From a virus (Duplodnaviria > Caudoviricetes): 46,577 nucleotides of DNA. The notes under the pieces were generated by a model that worked only from the letters and a program-made list of their open reading frames with translations, made no database searches and was not told the DNA's origin. A program made the position numbers and the translations under genes. Within the stretch, counting starts at the first letter, position 1, and every line of letters begins with the position of its first letter. Positions 35,003-44,431 of this stretch are shown here, piece after piece. The DNA is taken from the IMG/VR virus record IMGVR_UViG_3300037714_000021, positions 1 through 46,577 of that record; one strand, written 5' to 3'.

Positions 35003-37971
35003 ACCGCTTCCTCCTGTTGTCCAGAATCTTCAACCACCTGCACCACCCCAGCAACACCGGACAGCGCCGGGTTGTTGAAGTCCAGCAACCAGCAGTACGA
35101 CTGCGCGCCGCTGTACCGGGTGCCCTTGCCCAAGACCATGCGCGTGCCGTCAGCCACCAGCACACCAGACTCACGCAGCGAGTCTTGGATCTGTTTCGGG
35201 TCGGCGTTGCGCTCGGCGCAGAACCTGCGGAAGTCGGCGCGGTCGATGTACAGCCGGCCAAGGTGCCGCTCCAACCGGATGCGCAGCTTGTCGCTGGTCG
35301 GCTCGATGGTGACTTGCGCCAGCGTCTTGCCCACTGGGTCGCTGTTGAGCACCAGCATGGACCTCAGGTTGTTGTTGATGTAGTCAGCGATCATGGACTC
35401 TGGGGTGCGTACCTGCTCGGTCACGGTGCCGCGCATGTTGTGGATCTGCTGGACAGCGAAGTCGCGTAGCGCGGTGATGTTGGCGTTGGTCAACCCACAG
35501 GCGTTGGCCGCCTCGAACCCACTCAGCACAGCGGCAGCTACGGCCGACCAGAACCGCTCAGAGCTACCAGTGCCGGACAACAAGTCGATCTCGCGTATCC
35601 AGTGGCGTACCCGGTCACGCACCAAGTCTCGGCTGGTCACGATGTACTGTGCATAAACCGGGCCAGCTAGGCCGAAGTTGTCATTCAGCTTGTCGAACGC
35701 GTCATCAGCTTCGCGCTTAGCCAGTGTGCCGGCCGGGACCATGTACTCGAAGATACGGCTGGCCTCGGCGCTTGAGTCCGCCTTCACCGCGGCGAGGCGG
35801 GAGTGCAGGCTGGCGTTGGAGGTGGTCAGCATCATGGTGTTCCAGTTGCCGTAGTTCTCCTGCGCTTGGCCGTTCTGCTGCAAGCGCTGGCGGCCTTGGC
35901 CCTTGGTGATGGTGTAGGCCAGCTTCGACATCACGTCGCCGGGTAGGTTGGTGATCTCATCGAACGTGGCGACGATGTTGTTGAGTACACCCAGCTTGCC
36001 GTAGAACGCCTTCCATGTGTCCTGCTCGATGTCCATCCAACCCATCTTCTTGTGGCCCCAGATAGAGTTAGCGCACAGGGCTGACGACGACTTGCCGGTG
36101 CCGCGACTACCGACCATCGACACTACCGCCCCGTCGAAGTTGGTGAACCGGAACAGCGGCGCAGCGAACCCAACACCGAAGCCGAACAGCAGCGCCTCGA
36201 GCCCTGGGCGGTTGTAGATACTCACGACCTGTTTCCACACGTCCAGATCACCGGCCGGCGCTACCCAGCCCAGTGCGTTCTGGATGTTGGGGCTGGGCTC
36301 GATAGGCTTGGCGCCTTGCGGCGTAACCACCCGGTCGGGCAGCACAAAGATGTTCTTGTCCTCGCGCCAGCCGAGCTGTGCGTACACAGTCGCCGCGGCG
36401 GACAGCTTCTGGAGTTCTCGAATATAAGCGACCATATAGCGCACCAATTCCTCTGATTTCTCTGGGTTGACCATGACCCCCATAGACCCTAGCGTCTGGG
36501 ACAATGTGCGACGGTCGAAGAACTTGCCGGTGGGGATCTGGTACTCCTGCCAACCCTCGTGCGGCAACCAGCTACGGACGGTGACGTAGTATGCGCTGTC
36601 GCGCTCATCCCAGTTCAGCTTGACCGGGTAGATGTCATAGTCGTAGATGATGACTTCTTCGTAGCCGCCGTGCTCGTCGTCTATACGGATGGCGATACGA
36701 CCCGCGTCGCAACCAGGTGCAACGACGCGCTTGAACGGCGGCGGTGGGGGCGGCATCTCCATAGACACAATGCCCGATTCTGTCTCGATCTGGACAACAG
36801 CACGCGGGGCTTCCTCCAGCACGCGCGCCGTCGACACCGGGGTCTTGATGGTATCGCGCATCGGGCAGCCATCGCAGCCGCTCGGGTTGTGGTTGCGGAA
36901 CGTCTGGCACAGGGTTGGACCAGTGCCGCTGGCTTCGTGTTGGGCGATCTTGTCGTTGGTGGCCTGCTCGCTATAGCTAGGGTGCTTGGCGCTCAGGTTG
37001 TGGATCGCCTTGAACCCCTTGTCAGTGAACCTCATGCAGCCAATCATGGCGTACCACTGCGGCTCGGTGACGAGCTGCGGGTTCTCCAACTGCCACATGA
37101 GCTGGCGGCATCGCTGTACGATCTCACGGGCGAGCGGCTGGGCTTGGCCCGCACCGTAGGCAGCCTCGACGTTTATCTCAGCGGAGCCGCGCAGGTGCTC
37201 AGGCACAGCGCCCAACGAACTGACTGGGGCGGAGTAGTCGCGGCGCTCAGGGATAACCACTTGAGTGGACTGCTGCAGCGACTGGAGCTTCTGGAGCATG
37301 GTCTGGGTATCGACAGGCTCGGCCTGCACGATAACCTCCACCGGACGAGGGCTGGCCGTCTTCCAGTTGTAGGTGCCAACGGGGCGCAGGATAGACGCAA
37401 CGTCTGCGGTGCGCGATGGGTCAGCGCGTAGCCCCCAGGACTCAGTGAGTGCCTTGAGGATAGCGGCATGGGCGTGCCACGTCTCACCATCGATCGGTGT
37501 GGTCAGCGGCCAGTACGCGTGCAACCCACCGCCTGAACTGACAACCAGTGGCTTGGGCAGCGACATGGACCGGCAGAAGTCACGCAGGGCTAGGCCGGCT
37601 TCGTTCTGTGTGGCGTATGCGTTGGGGTCGGCCTTCACATCCAGGTCCAGCCAGAACGCCTTCACCTGGTCGGTGTTATCGGCACCAGACTTGTGGCGAC
37701 CGCGGACCTTGATCTCCGCGGCGTCGCGCTGAGCCTTGTTCATCTTGGTGTAGTCGTTGCGTACCGTCGCCAGGGCGAAGAACACGTTGACCGGCATCTC
37801 GCGGTCACAGGCCATAGCGATAGCCGCAGTGCTGGCGGCCTCGATCGAGTTGTGCGCTGTGTGGCGGAAGAACTGTACGTCCTTGCCGTCTTTGTTGAAC
37901 TTGGCGGGCACTGCCAGCAAATAGATGCCAGCCTCCGGCCAGATGAGGCGCATAAAACTAAGCGTATCCAC
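34999..37971 (-). CDS. Primase-helicase (AEP-like domain, Cys cluster, DUF927, P-loop helicase)
   Basis: WLDLD and SSGGGLHAYW; LC..F......CDGCP; QLGW; Walker A GSRGTGKS, Walker B FDE; AGGAGG RBS before GTG. Confidence 0.88.
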   Translation of the reverse strand: MDTLSFMRLIWPEAGIYLLAVPAKFNKDGKDVQFFRHTAHNSIEAASTAAIAMACDREMPVNVFFALATVRNDYTKMNKAQRDAAEIKVRGRHKSGADNTDQVKAFWLDLDVKADPNAYATQNEAGLALRDFCRSMSLPKPLVVSSGGGLHAYWPLTTPIDGETWHAHAAILKALTESWGLRADPSRTADVASILRPVGTYNWKTASPRPVEVIVQAEPVDTQTMLQKLQSLQQSTQVVIPERRDYSAPVSSLGAVPEHLRGSAEINVEAAYGAGQAQPLAREIVQRCRQLMWQLENPQLVTEPQWYAMIGCMRFTDKGFKAIHNLSAKHPSYSEQATNDKIAQHEASGTGPTLCQTFRNHNPSGCDGCPMRDTIKTPVSTARVLEEAPRAVVQIETESGIVSMEMPPPPPPFKRVVAPGCDAGRIAIRIDDEHGGYEEVIIYDYDIYPVKLNWDERDSAYYVTVRSWLPHEGWQEYQIPTGKFFDRRTLSQTLGSMGVMVNPEKSEELVRYMVAYIRELQKLSAAATVYAQLGWREDKNIFVLPDRVVTPQGAKPIEPSPNIQNALGWVAPAGDLDVWKQVVSIYNRPGLEALLFGFGVGFAAPLFRFTNFDGAVVSMVGSRGTGKSSSALCANSIWGHKKMGWMDIEQDTWKAFYGKLGVLNNIVATFDEITNLPGDVMSKLAYTITKGQGRQRLQQNGQAQENYGNWNTMMLTTSNASLHSRLAAVKADSSAEASRIFEYMVPAGTLAKREADDAFDKLNDNFGLAGPVYAQYIVTSRDLVRDRVRHWIREIDLLSGTGSSERFWSAVAAAVLSGFEAANACGLTNANITALRDFAVQQIHNMRGTVTEQVRTPESMIADYINNNLRSMLVLNSDPVGKTLAQVTIEPTSDKLRIRLERHLGRLYIDRADFRRFCAERNADPKQIQDSLRESGVLVADGTRMVLGKGTRYSGAQSYCWLLDFNNPALSGVAGVVQVVEDSGQQEEAV

Positions 37972-37993
37972 AGACGCCTCCTACTTCGGCTTG

Positions 37994-38314
37994 TTATTGG
38001 GTTTTGAGCAGCAGGGCTTTCAGTGCGGTGCTGCGCTGACCCACATCGTCGATGCTGGCGATGCGCCGGTAGGCTTGGTGCTTGGAGTCGTACAGGTTCA
38101 TGGACAGGATGGCGCGGCGGATACTGTCGGTGTTGACGTAGAACAACCGGTCCACACCGCCCTTGCCGCGGGCCGCGCGCAACCAACGAGCTGCGGTGCC
38201 GGGGGCGATGTCGAACAGGGTAGCGAGACCGCGAACGCTTGATTGCGTGGTGATACTGAACGCCAGTAGCAGCGCCAGGAACTCTTGGATTTCTTCTTTA
38301 GACAGCATATTCAT
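37994..38314 (-). CDS. HTH-like protein
   Basis: SVRGLATLFDIAPGTAARWL; GGAG RBS. Confidence 0.65.
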   Translation of the reverse strand: MNMLSKEEIQEFLALLLAFSITTQSSVRGLATLFDIAPGTAARWLRAARGKGGVDRLFYVNTDSIRRAILSMNLYDSKHQAYRRIASIDDVGQRSTALKALLLKTQ

Positions 38315-38330
38315 AGCTCCGGTAGTGAGG

Positions 38331-38350
38331 CGGGGGCTTCGCAGCCCCCG
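38331..38350 (-). other. Stable intergenic hairpin after the SSB-like gene (no U tract)
   Basis: CGGGGGCT-TCGC-AGCCCCCG. Confidence 0.6.
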
Positions 38351-38356
38351 ACCATC

Positions 38357-39817
38357 TTAGTCGTCCCAGCCAGCGAACGCATCCACAACTGCACCAGACA
38401 TCACCTGCGGCTGGTTAGCCGGCTGCTGAATGGGTTGCTGTGCTTGCTGCGGCGCTTGGCCGAAACCCGCTTCTACCGGTGCCTGTTGCATGGGGGCTTG
38501 CTGCTGAGCTGCAGCCAGTTGCGCTTGCAGGGCCGCCAACTGAGCTTCCATCTGGACCTGTTCGGGGGTCTTCGTGGGCCGCTGCGGTTGTACCGGTTCC
38601 GGAGTGTTGTCTTCCCCCGGAGTCTCACCGGCGGCTTGACCCACACCAACCGCGGCGTCCTCGGCCATCTCGACCTTGGTGCGACGCTGCTTGCCCGGCG
38701 ACGGCTTGCCGTACTCACGACCCGACGGGTGGACGTTACCTTGCGGTGCGGCCTGCTGCTGGGCAGGAGTTTGTTGCTGCGCCGGCTGTTGCGTCTGACC
38801 ACCGAAGATAGCTGCCACGTTGGGGTCTTGCGGGGCCGGGGTGTCCGACAGCGGTTGGACTACCGGCGGCTGACCAAAGCCGCCTTCTGCTGGTGCTTGT
38901 TGCTGCACCGCCGGCTGTTGTACGGGAGCTTGCTGCGCGGCGATGGCCTGTTGGGCTGCGGCCAACTGAGCTTGCAACTGCTCCATCTGGAGCTGCTCCG
39001 GCGTCTTGGTCGGTGGTACCGGTGCGGCTTGCTGCGCAGGCGCCTGTTGCTGGACGTGGGCAGGCGGAGCACCCAACGCCAGCGGTGCAGCTACGGCAGG
39101 CACACCCATCGGGGTGAACCCAGCAACACCGGCCATGGCCTTGGCGTCCTGCGAGTCGTGGCGTGCGTCGATGGCAGCAACACCCTCCGCGCTGACGTAG
39201 CTGAGTGGCTTGAACAGCAGCTTGGGGTACGACACGGTGGTATCGAAGGTGATCTGCGTTACCACGTAGCAGTATTTCACCGGGAGGCTACGCAGGTACG
39301 CGCCGAACTCCTTGAGGCTGGCAGCGGGGATCTGGAGACGCAGCATCTCGCCGCCCTCGGAGCCAGGCGTGACGACAGCTACGGTCTTCTTGTCTTGGCA
39401 CGCCTTGCCGGCCTTCTGGGTCTGCGGGTTGATCTTGCTGCCGAACTGGTTCTGCGGGCAGGCAGCGCAGGTGCCACACTGCGGCTTGTCGCTGTCAGCG
39501 CGCGGCGTTACGCCGTCGTCGGACGAGCAGATAGGCGCCTCCGCGTCAGCGTCCGGGTTCCAGGCACCCTCGAACAGCGCCTTGGTCATACCAGGGTTGG
39601 CGTGCACGATCACCACGTTCAGCTCGAACAGCTGCAGGGTGACGGGCTGCTGACCGTTACGGACGATGTGGAAGCGACCACCTTTGATGGAGATGTGGTC
39701 GACTTGCTGACCACCACCAGTGCCGCCTGCTGCGATCAGGTTGTCACCCGCGCTGCTGGCGATCTGTTGCAGGTGCGCCGGGAGTGCGGACTGTTGGAAT
39801 GGGATCATCTGGCTCAT
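38357..39817 (-). CDS. Putative ssDNA-binding/annealing protein with Zn motif and long Q/P/A-rich tail
   Basis: ISIKGGRF, P.CSS.DG..P, C..CPQN.FGS....GKAC; acidic-aromatic end FAGWDD. Confidence 0.65.
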   Translation of the reverse strand: MSQMIPFQQSALPAHLQQIASSAGDNLIAAGGTGGGQQVDHISIKGGRFHIVRNGQQPVTLQLFELNVVIVHANPGMTKALFEGAWNPDADAEAPICSSDDGVTPRADSDKPQCGTCAACPQNQFGSKINPQTQKAGKACQDKKTVAVVTPGSEGGEMLRLQIPAASLKEFGAYLRSLPVKYCYVVTQITFDTTVSYPKLLFKPLSYVSAEGVAAIDARHDSQDAKAMAGVAGFTPMGVPAVAAPLALGAPPAHVQQQAPAQQAAPVPPTKTPEQLQMEQLQAQLAAAQQAIAAQQAPVQQPAVQQQAPAEGGFGQPPVVQPLSDTPAPQDPNVAAIFGGQTQQPAQQQTPAQQQAAPQGNVHPSGREYGKPSPGKQRRTKVEMAEDAAVGVGQAAGETPGEDNTPEPVQPQRPTKTPEQVQMEAQLAALQAQLAAAQQQAPMQQAPVEAGFGQAPQQAQQPIQQPANQPQVMSGAVVDAFAGWDD

Positions 39818-39835
39818 GGTTTCTTGGTTCCTTGC

Positions 39836-40096
39836 TTATGCGTTAGTTTCTGGGTTGCTAAACAGACCGTCGAGGCGTGGGGTAAACCCCTCGATGGCGA
39901 CAAGTGTTGGGTACTGGTATGCACGAGTTTCCTCAGCCTCTGTCAACGCGGTGTGTATCGGTTGGGGTGGGCTGTTCATCTCCCAGTCCTCTACAGAACA
40001 CGTACCCATGTTTGTCTCTATCCACACCACAAACATGGGCGGTTTATCTGTGGCTACGTCCTTTGCGGCCGTTCGGGTGGGAGATAACACCTCCAT
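39836..40096 (-). CDS. Hypothetical protein (86 aa)
   Basis: AAGGAG RBS; fills the operon gap. Confidence 0.65.
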   Translation of the reverse strand: MEVLSPTRTAAKDVATDKPPMFVVWIETNMGTCSVEDWEMNSPPQPIHTALTEAEETRAYQYPTLVAIEGFTPRLDGLFSNPETNA

Positions 40097-40105
40097 AACA
40101 ACTCC

Positions 40106-40492
40106 TTATTTACGACGGATAGACACGGATCGTTCGGTGATGACCTTGACACCTGGCGGCAACTGGCCGTTGTTGTTCTCCATGAACTCTTTGACCGCGG
40201 TGGAGCTGAGTCGTACAGACAGCAGACCCATGTTGTCGGTCTCCTTGATGAACTGCATGGTGGTGTTCTTGTCCTCGAAGGACGGCAGCACCTTGTCGCT
40301 GATGATCACCGTACCGTTGGTGAACCCAGCGTTGCGCTGGTTGGTGCTGTTCATGTGGTCGAGCAGGAAGTTCTCGGCGTTCTTCATCTGCGCGTCGATC
40401 TCACCCACACGAGCCTTGTGCTCCGCATCGAGCTTGGCCTTGTGGTCGCGCAGGGTGATGTAGTGGGCGACGATGGCGTTGATGTCAGTCAT
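40106..40492 (-). CDS. Conserved phage replication-region protein
   Basis: YI.LRD coiled coil, F....D....L..R.S...V.E......LPPGV; start moved to ATG 40492 (GGAG RBS). Confidence 0.8.
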   Translation of the reverse strand: MTDINAIVAHYITLRDHKAKLDAEHKARVGEIDAQMKNAENFLLDHMNSTNQRNAGFTNGTVIISDKVLPSFEDKNTTMQFIKETDNMGLLSVRLSSTAVKEFMENNNGQLPPGVKVITERSVSIRRK

Positions 40493-40925
40493 GGCGGTTC
40501 TCCAACGGGCTACCACGTACTACACCGCCTTCCACGTCCACTGACTCAGAGTAGTAGCCGTTTGACGAGCCGTACCAGCGCTGCCAGATGGACCCTTTGC
40601 TAGTGTCAATCTTGAGGAACGACCAGGTGTACGACTCGGCGTACTCGTCATCCACAGTCGGCGCTACGCCCTCCACAAAACCGGCGAACAGGACCACACC
40701 GCCGACCACGTCGTCCAAATCCGCGTCTTCGATGCTCACCGACTCGCAGCAGCTCTGCTGGTGGTACACCTTGATGGCTTTGCCGCTAGTCGTCGTAACG
40801 ACCATTTCGTCGCTACCAGTTTCACCCCCGGTAACTGTGGCTATCGTCTCCCCGACCAACTCGCTCAGGTTGTTTGCTACCGGCGTGTTGTTGTCCCAGT
40901 CATTCCACTCGATGTCACCATTCAT
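40485..40925 (-). CDS. Conserved phage hypothetical protein
   Basis: YHQQSCCESV.IE...SYTW.F.KI.T.KG....RWYGSSNGYYSESV pattern; GGAG RBS. Confidence 0.85.
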   Translation of the reverse strand: MNGDIEWNDWDNNTPVANNLSELVGETIATVTGGETGSDEMVVTTTSGKAIKVYHQQSCCESVSIEDADLDDVVGGVVLFAGFVEGVAPTVDDEYAESYTWSFLKIDTSKGSIWQRWYGSSNGYYSESVDVEGGVVRGSPLENRHD

Positions 40926-40972
40926 GGTTTGTTTCTCCGGGTTATTCAGAGCACCGCGCTCTGATGTTGGTC

Positions 40973-41000
40973 AGTATAAGGGTGTACGCATGTGTGTCAA
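40973..41000 (-). promoter_or_regulatory. sigma70-type promoter
   Basis: Minus strand TTGACA-16 bp-TATACT; the -35 box contains the helicase TGA stop. Confidence 0.75.
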
Positions 41001-42565
41001 GTGTTAGGTAGACCTAATTCACTCTTGAACATCGCAAGGATAGTGTTCTGCATAGCCTGCTTGCCCTTGAGCGCCGAGTACAGCTCCAGCTCGAGCGCGT
41101 TGGCGGCGATACAGGCTACGGTCATGGTGTTCTTCTGGCCGGGGCGGTCCATGCGGTTGTTGGCTTGCTCGAAAATCTCCAGGTCAGTGATAGGACCGTA
41201 CCAGATAGTCAGGTCAGCGCGGGTCAACGTCAGGCCGTGAGCTGTAGTCGCCGGGTGCGCTACCAACACACGCCGGCCCGGTGCGTTCTGGAACTCATCG
41301 AATATGCGCTTGCGCTCGGTCTTCGATACACGCCCATCTACCACCTCGACGTGGTTGCCCTGCTTGCGTAGGTGCGCAGCCACCATGTCCAACGTCTTGG
41401 TGTACGGCACGAACACGATCGCGTTGTTCTGCGAGTCCTCGATCAGCTCCGCGCAGACGTTGAGTCGATCACTGGCGTCGAGGCTATGCCCGTCGCCGAA
41501 CTCATCCAGCACCACGCCGAGGCTGATCTGCAGCAGCTTCTGCATCTTGGTTGCCGCGTGCGCCGCGGTAACTTGGGCACCGCCGATGTCCGCTACCAAC
41601 TCCTTGCGCATGGCCTCGTAGGCGTGCTTCTGCTCGGGTGACATCTCGGCCATCAGCGTGGTGAACGTCACGGGCGGCAGGTCCAAGCAGTCGGACTTCT
41701 TGAACCGGATGCTCGGGGACAACACCTCGTAGGCTTGCTCGAACGCGCCCTCCTTGGGCACCCACTTGTACTGGGTGATCTGCTGCATGAGCTGGTTCTT
41801 GAACGCCGAGAAGTAGTGCGGGATCTTCTTGCTACCCAGCAGCTTGGCTAGACCCCACACGTCCGTTGGCTCCTTGGGGCACGGCGTACCTGTCATCAAC
41901 CACATCCAGTCCGTAGGGCGTACCAGCTTGGCGAACATCTTGTGTCGCTGGCTCTGTGGGTTACGCACGGCGCTGGCCTCGTCGTACAGCCACAGGTTGA
42001 TGTCGGTGCGCTTGGCCAGCTCGTCTGAGATCACCTTGATCCCGTCGTGGTTGATGATGTAGAAGTCCGCCTTTTGCGCCAGCAGCTTGAGTCTGCGCTC
42101 GCGGGAGCCGTGGAGTACCACACAGGTACGCCTGCCAAGGAAGTGCTTGTTGATCTCGTCGTCCCACACACTGTCCATGGTGGATTTGGGGCAGACGATG
42201 ATGCCCTTCTGGATAACGCCGAGCTTCATCATGTAGTCCGCAGCCCACAAGGCACTAAGTGACTTGCCCAGGCCCATGTCGTTCAAGCAGATAGCGCGGT
42301 TGTACAGGGTGAAGAACTCGGCGGTAGTTACTTGGTGGTCGAACGGCGACGGGTATCGGCTAGGCCAATCATAGAAATAGCGGATCGGACTAGGCGAGTT
42401 TATCCCCAGGTTACGCAACACCCGCGCCGAGTCCAGGTCGAACTTGATTTGGGTGTAGTTCACCCCGTCGACCGGAACGACTCGTGCCTTGGGGATGTAC
42501 TGGGTAACTCGTTCGGGATCGCGTAGCTTGAGGATGAGGGACTTACTGGCTTCGTGTACTTGCAC
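40997..42565 (-). CDS. SNF2-family (SF2) helicase
   Basis: DMGLGKS, YDEAS, MTGTP, HGLTLT, QA..R..RPGQ; start moved to GTG 42565. Confidence 0.92.
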   Translation of the reverse strand: MQVHEASKSLILKLRDPERVTQYIPKARVVPVDGVNYTQIKFDLDSARVLRNLGINSPSPIRYFYDWPSRYPSPFDHQVTTAEFFTLYNRAICLNDMGLGKSLSALWAADYMMKLGVIQKGIIVCPKSTMDSVWDDEINKHFLGRRTCVVLHGSRERRLKLLAQKADFYIINHDGIKVISDELAKRTDINLWLYDEASAVRNPQSQRHKMFAKLVRPTDWMWLMTGTPCPKEPTDVWGLAKLLGSKKIPHYFSAFKNQLMQQITQYKWVPKEGAFEQAYEVLSPSIRFKKSDCLDLPPVTFTTLMAEMSPEQKHAYEAMRKELVADIGGAQVTAAHAATKMQKLLQISLGVVLDEFGDGHSLDASDRLNVCAELIEDSQNNAIVFVPYTKTLDMVAAHLRKQGNHVEVVDGRVSKTERKRIFDEFQNAPGRRVLVAHPATTAHGLTLTRADLTIWYGPITDLEIFEQANNRMDRPGQKNTMTVACIAANALELELYSALKGKQAMQNTILAMFKSELGLPNT

Positions 42566-42566
42566 G

Positions 42567-42965
42567 TTATACCCCCAGGTCGTCGGGGATTTCCATGTAG
42601 CCCCCATAGCCGCCACTGACAATCGCGCGACAGGCCGCGATTAGCGGGGTAGGGCCGCACTGTCCGGCGGTACGATCTACCGGCCAGTCTGTGTAGGCCG
42701 CCCAAGAAGTAACCACCCCATTGGTAGTTGTGTGCGGTCGTATGCTGAGGTGGTAGCAATCGATAAGTGGCCCGCCTTGCGACCAGCAGGTAGACGGCCT
42801 GTATTCGGACACCGTAATACGCGGCCCGAACGGCGCCCTCATGGGGTCTGTGTGCCACACAGACCCGTGCTCTATGGAGTCCTCTGGGTAGTTAACCCAA
42901 CCCTGCACCTTCGCTACTGCCCAGTCGAGGGCAGCCCCTGCCAGATCGCTTGTTTTGACCTTCAT
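42567..42965 (-). CDS. ninX: NinX-family (DUF2591) protein
   Basis: KTSDL.G.ALDWAVAK...Y.PST.WSQGGPLI...GPTPLIAACRAIV. Confidence 0.8.
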   Translation of the reverse strand: MKVKTSDLAGAALDWAVAKVQGWVNYPEDSIEHGSVWHTDPMRAPFGPRITVSEYRPSTCWSQGGPLIDCYHLSIRPHTTTNGVVTSWAAYTDWPVDRTAGQCGPTPLIAACRAIVSGGYGGYMEIPDDLGV

Positions 42966-43288
42966 ACACCCTCCAATACACTCTTGGCCTGCTGCGCCAG
43001 GCGCACTATACCCAGCGGGTACTGCTCTGACCGCAGGTTATAGGCTGACCCGGCCGCTAGACTCTCCAGCGGCAGCAGGTATTTATATTTGTGCGACACC
43101 ACAGCGTAGTGCCGCTCCAACCACTTGCACGCCTTGTCAAACTGGGTGTCGGACAGGAGGTTACAAGGGTTGGGCTCGATGTAGTAGCACCACGACGCCA
43201 TGAGGAGCCAGCCTACCACGGCGTTGGTGGTCTGGCGCATGTCGCTGGTCATCTGGGCGTCGTAGGTGCCGTTACTTGGGGCGAACAT
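42962..43288 (-). CDS. Stand-alone domain resembling NAD+-dependent DNA ligase subdomain Ia
   Basis: ASWCYYIEPNPCNLLSDTQFDKACKWL compared with LigA YY....P.ISD..YD.L; start ATG 43288 with GGAG RBS. Confidence 0.6.
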   Translation of the reverse strand: MFAPSNGTYDAQMTSDMRQTTNAVVGWLLMASWCYYIEPNPCNLLSDTQFDKACKWLERHYAVVSHKYKYLLPLESLAAGSAYNLRSEQYPLGIVRLAQQAKSVLEGV

Positions 43289-43475
43289 CGACACGCTCCG
43301 TAGCACATGCCAACACATAGATCATACCGAACTCGTCAGTACCCCTTAACACGGTGGTGATTTCTCCGTGGTCCTGGTCGATGGACTGCCCTACGGACAT
43401 CGTAAGGGTCCTACCGTCCAACTCGACCAAGCGGAATACTGGCACTTTGCTTATCAGTTGTCTTGTCGATTCCAT
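43272..43475 (-). CDS. Hypothetical protein (67 aa)
   Basis: GGAG-containing leader; operonic overlap. Confidence 0.65.
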   Translation of the reverse strand: MESTRQLISKVPVFRLVELDGRTLTMSVGQSIDQDHGEITTVLRGTDEFGMIYVLACATERVDVRPK

Positions 43476-43590
43476 TGCCTTCTCTCCGCCAAAAAATCAT
43501 ACTATGCCCATGGGTGTGTTGCTCCACGCCCATGCGCTCTGTTTCCCACCTACCGCCATCGACGCGCTGCGTCAGCTAGCAGGTGGGCTT

Positions 43591-43872
43591 TTACTTCGGG
43601 CGTACCCTCGTCGGGATCAGCTCGAGCATGAACCTGTAATCTCGATCGGCAACATATCGCCGTATGTCTTCGTCGGCAATAACGCAGCCCCACTCCGTAC
43701 CACGCAACTGGTCGCCACGGCCGAGTACCATCCATACATGCTCGTCGCCGTTGGTCATGGTCACAGTGTCGCCCTTGGAGATAGCTATACCTGGGTAGTT
43801 GAGCACCGCGAACTGCCGCTTGTTGAACTCTAGGTGCTCACGCCGCGGCGACAGGTGCAGTATCCGGCTCAT
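43591..43872 (-). CDS. Hypothetical protein (93 aa)
   Basis: GGAGG RBS; ATGA overlap. Confidence 0.7.
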   Translation of the reverse strand: MSRILHLSPRREHLEFNKRQFAVLNYPGIAISKGDTVTMTNGDEHVWMVLGRGDQLRGTEWGCVIADEDIRRYVADRDYRFMLELIPTRVRPK

Positions 43873-44093
43873 CCCACACCTCCTATCGCACCGCTAGCCT
43901 CGTCGGCGCCTACCGCGTTGGTAATTTCAGCTGTCATCGCCGCGACGGCCAGCCACCAGGTTGCCCTACTGAACGACGCCGGCATGACCATCTGTTTGGT
44001 GTAGCGCTCGCGGTCTACGACGACCGTAGCGTGGAGCATCTGGTATCCGGCGTATGGCCCTGGGTTGACGCGCCATTGGATGGGTAGGGTCAT
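43869..44093 (-). CDS. Hypothetical protein (74 aa)
   Basis: ATGA overlaps on both sides. Confidence 0.65.
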   Translation of the reverse strand: MTLPIQWRVNPGPYAGYQMLHATVVVDRERYTKQMVMPASFSRATWWLAVAAMTAEITNAVGADEASGAIGGVG

Positions 44094-44431
44094 TGTAGGT
44101 GCCCGTTGTGATCAAACCGATGGATGTCGTCCGCAGTCGGCTCAAGCATGTCCTTTGCGGATTGCATCGCCTGCATGGCGACTCGGATTCGGCGTAACTT
44201 ATACAGACTGCTAGGGCCGGGCGGTGACGCGCCCGTCTTGTGGCCAAAACCGCCGATGCGCCCAAGCTGGTCGATGGCTAGCTCATGCAGCGCCGCCACA
44301 TCACCAGCGCGAACGGCTAGCCCGATAAACCTATCCGCGAATTTCTCAGTCGTGTCGTTCGCCGCCCCTGCCGACGATGTGGTGGATCCGCAAGCCAGGC
44401 ACGGTTCCATGTGGGATATACGCAGGTTCAT
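44090..44431 (-). CDS. Hypothetical protein (113 aa)
   Basis: Start moved to ATG 44431 (ATGA overlap with VRR-NUC stop); N-terminal C..C. Confidence 0.6.
   Translation of the reverse strand: MNLRISHMEPCLACGSTTSSAGAANDTTEKFADRFIGLAVRAGDVAALHELAIDQLGRIGGFGHKTGASPPGPSSLYKLRRIRVAMQAMQSAKDMLEPTADDIHRFDHNGHLQ

Noticed and set aside
38285-40087. 600-aa + strand ORF and other long antisense ORFs (e.g. 13968..15092, 19767..21038, 7886..8998)
   Set aside because: Shadow frames of GC-rich, codon-biased genes on the opposite strand; no motifs or RBS
43496-43520. Promoter with a copy of the left-end palindrome (ATGCCCATGGGTGT next to a minus-strand TATGAT)
   Set aside because: No -35 match, and the palindrome lacks the central base and outer arms; too weak to call
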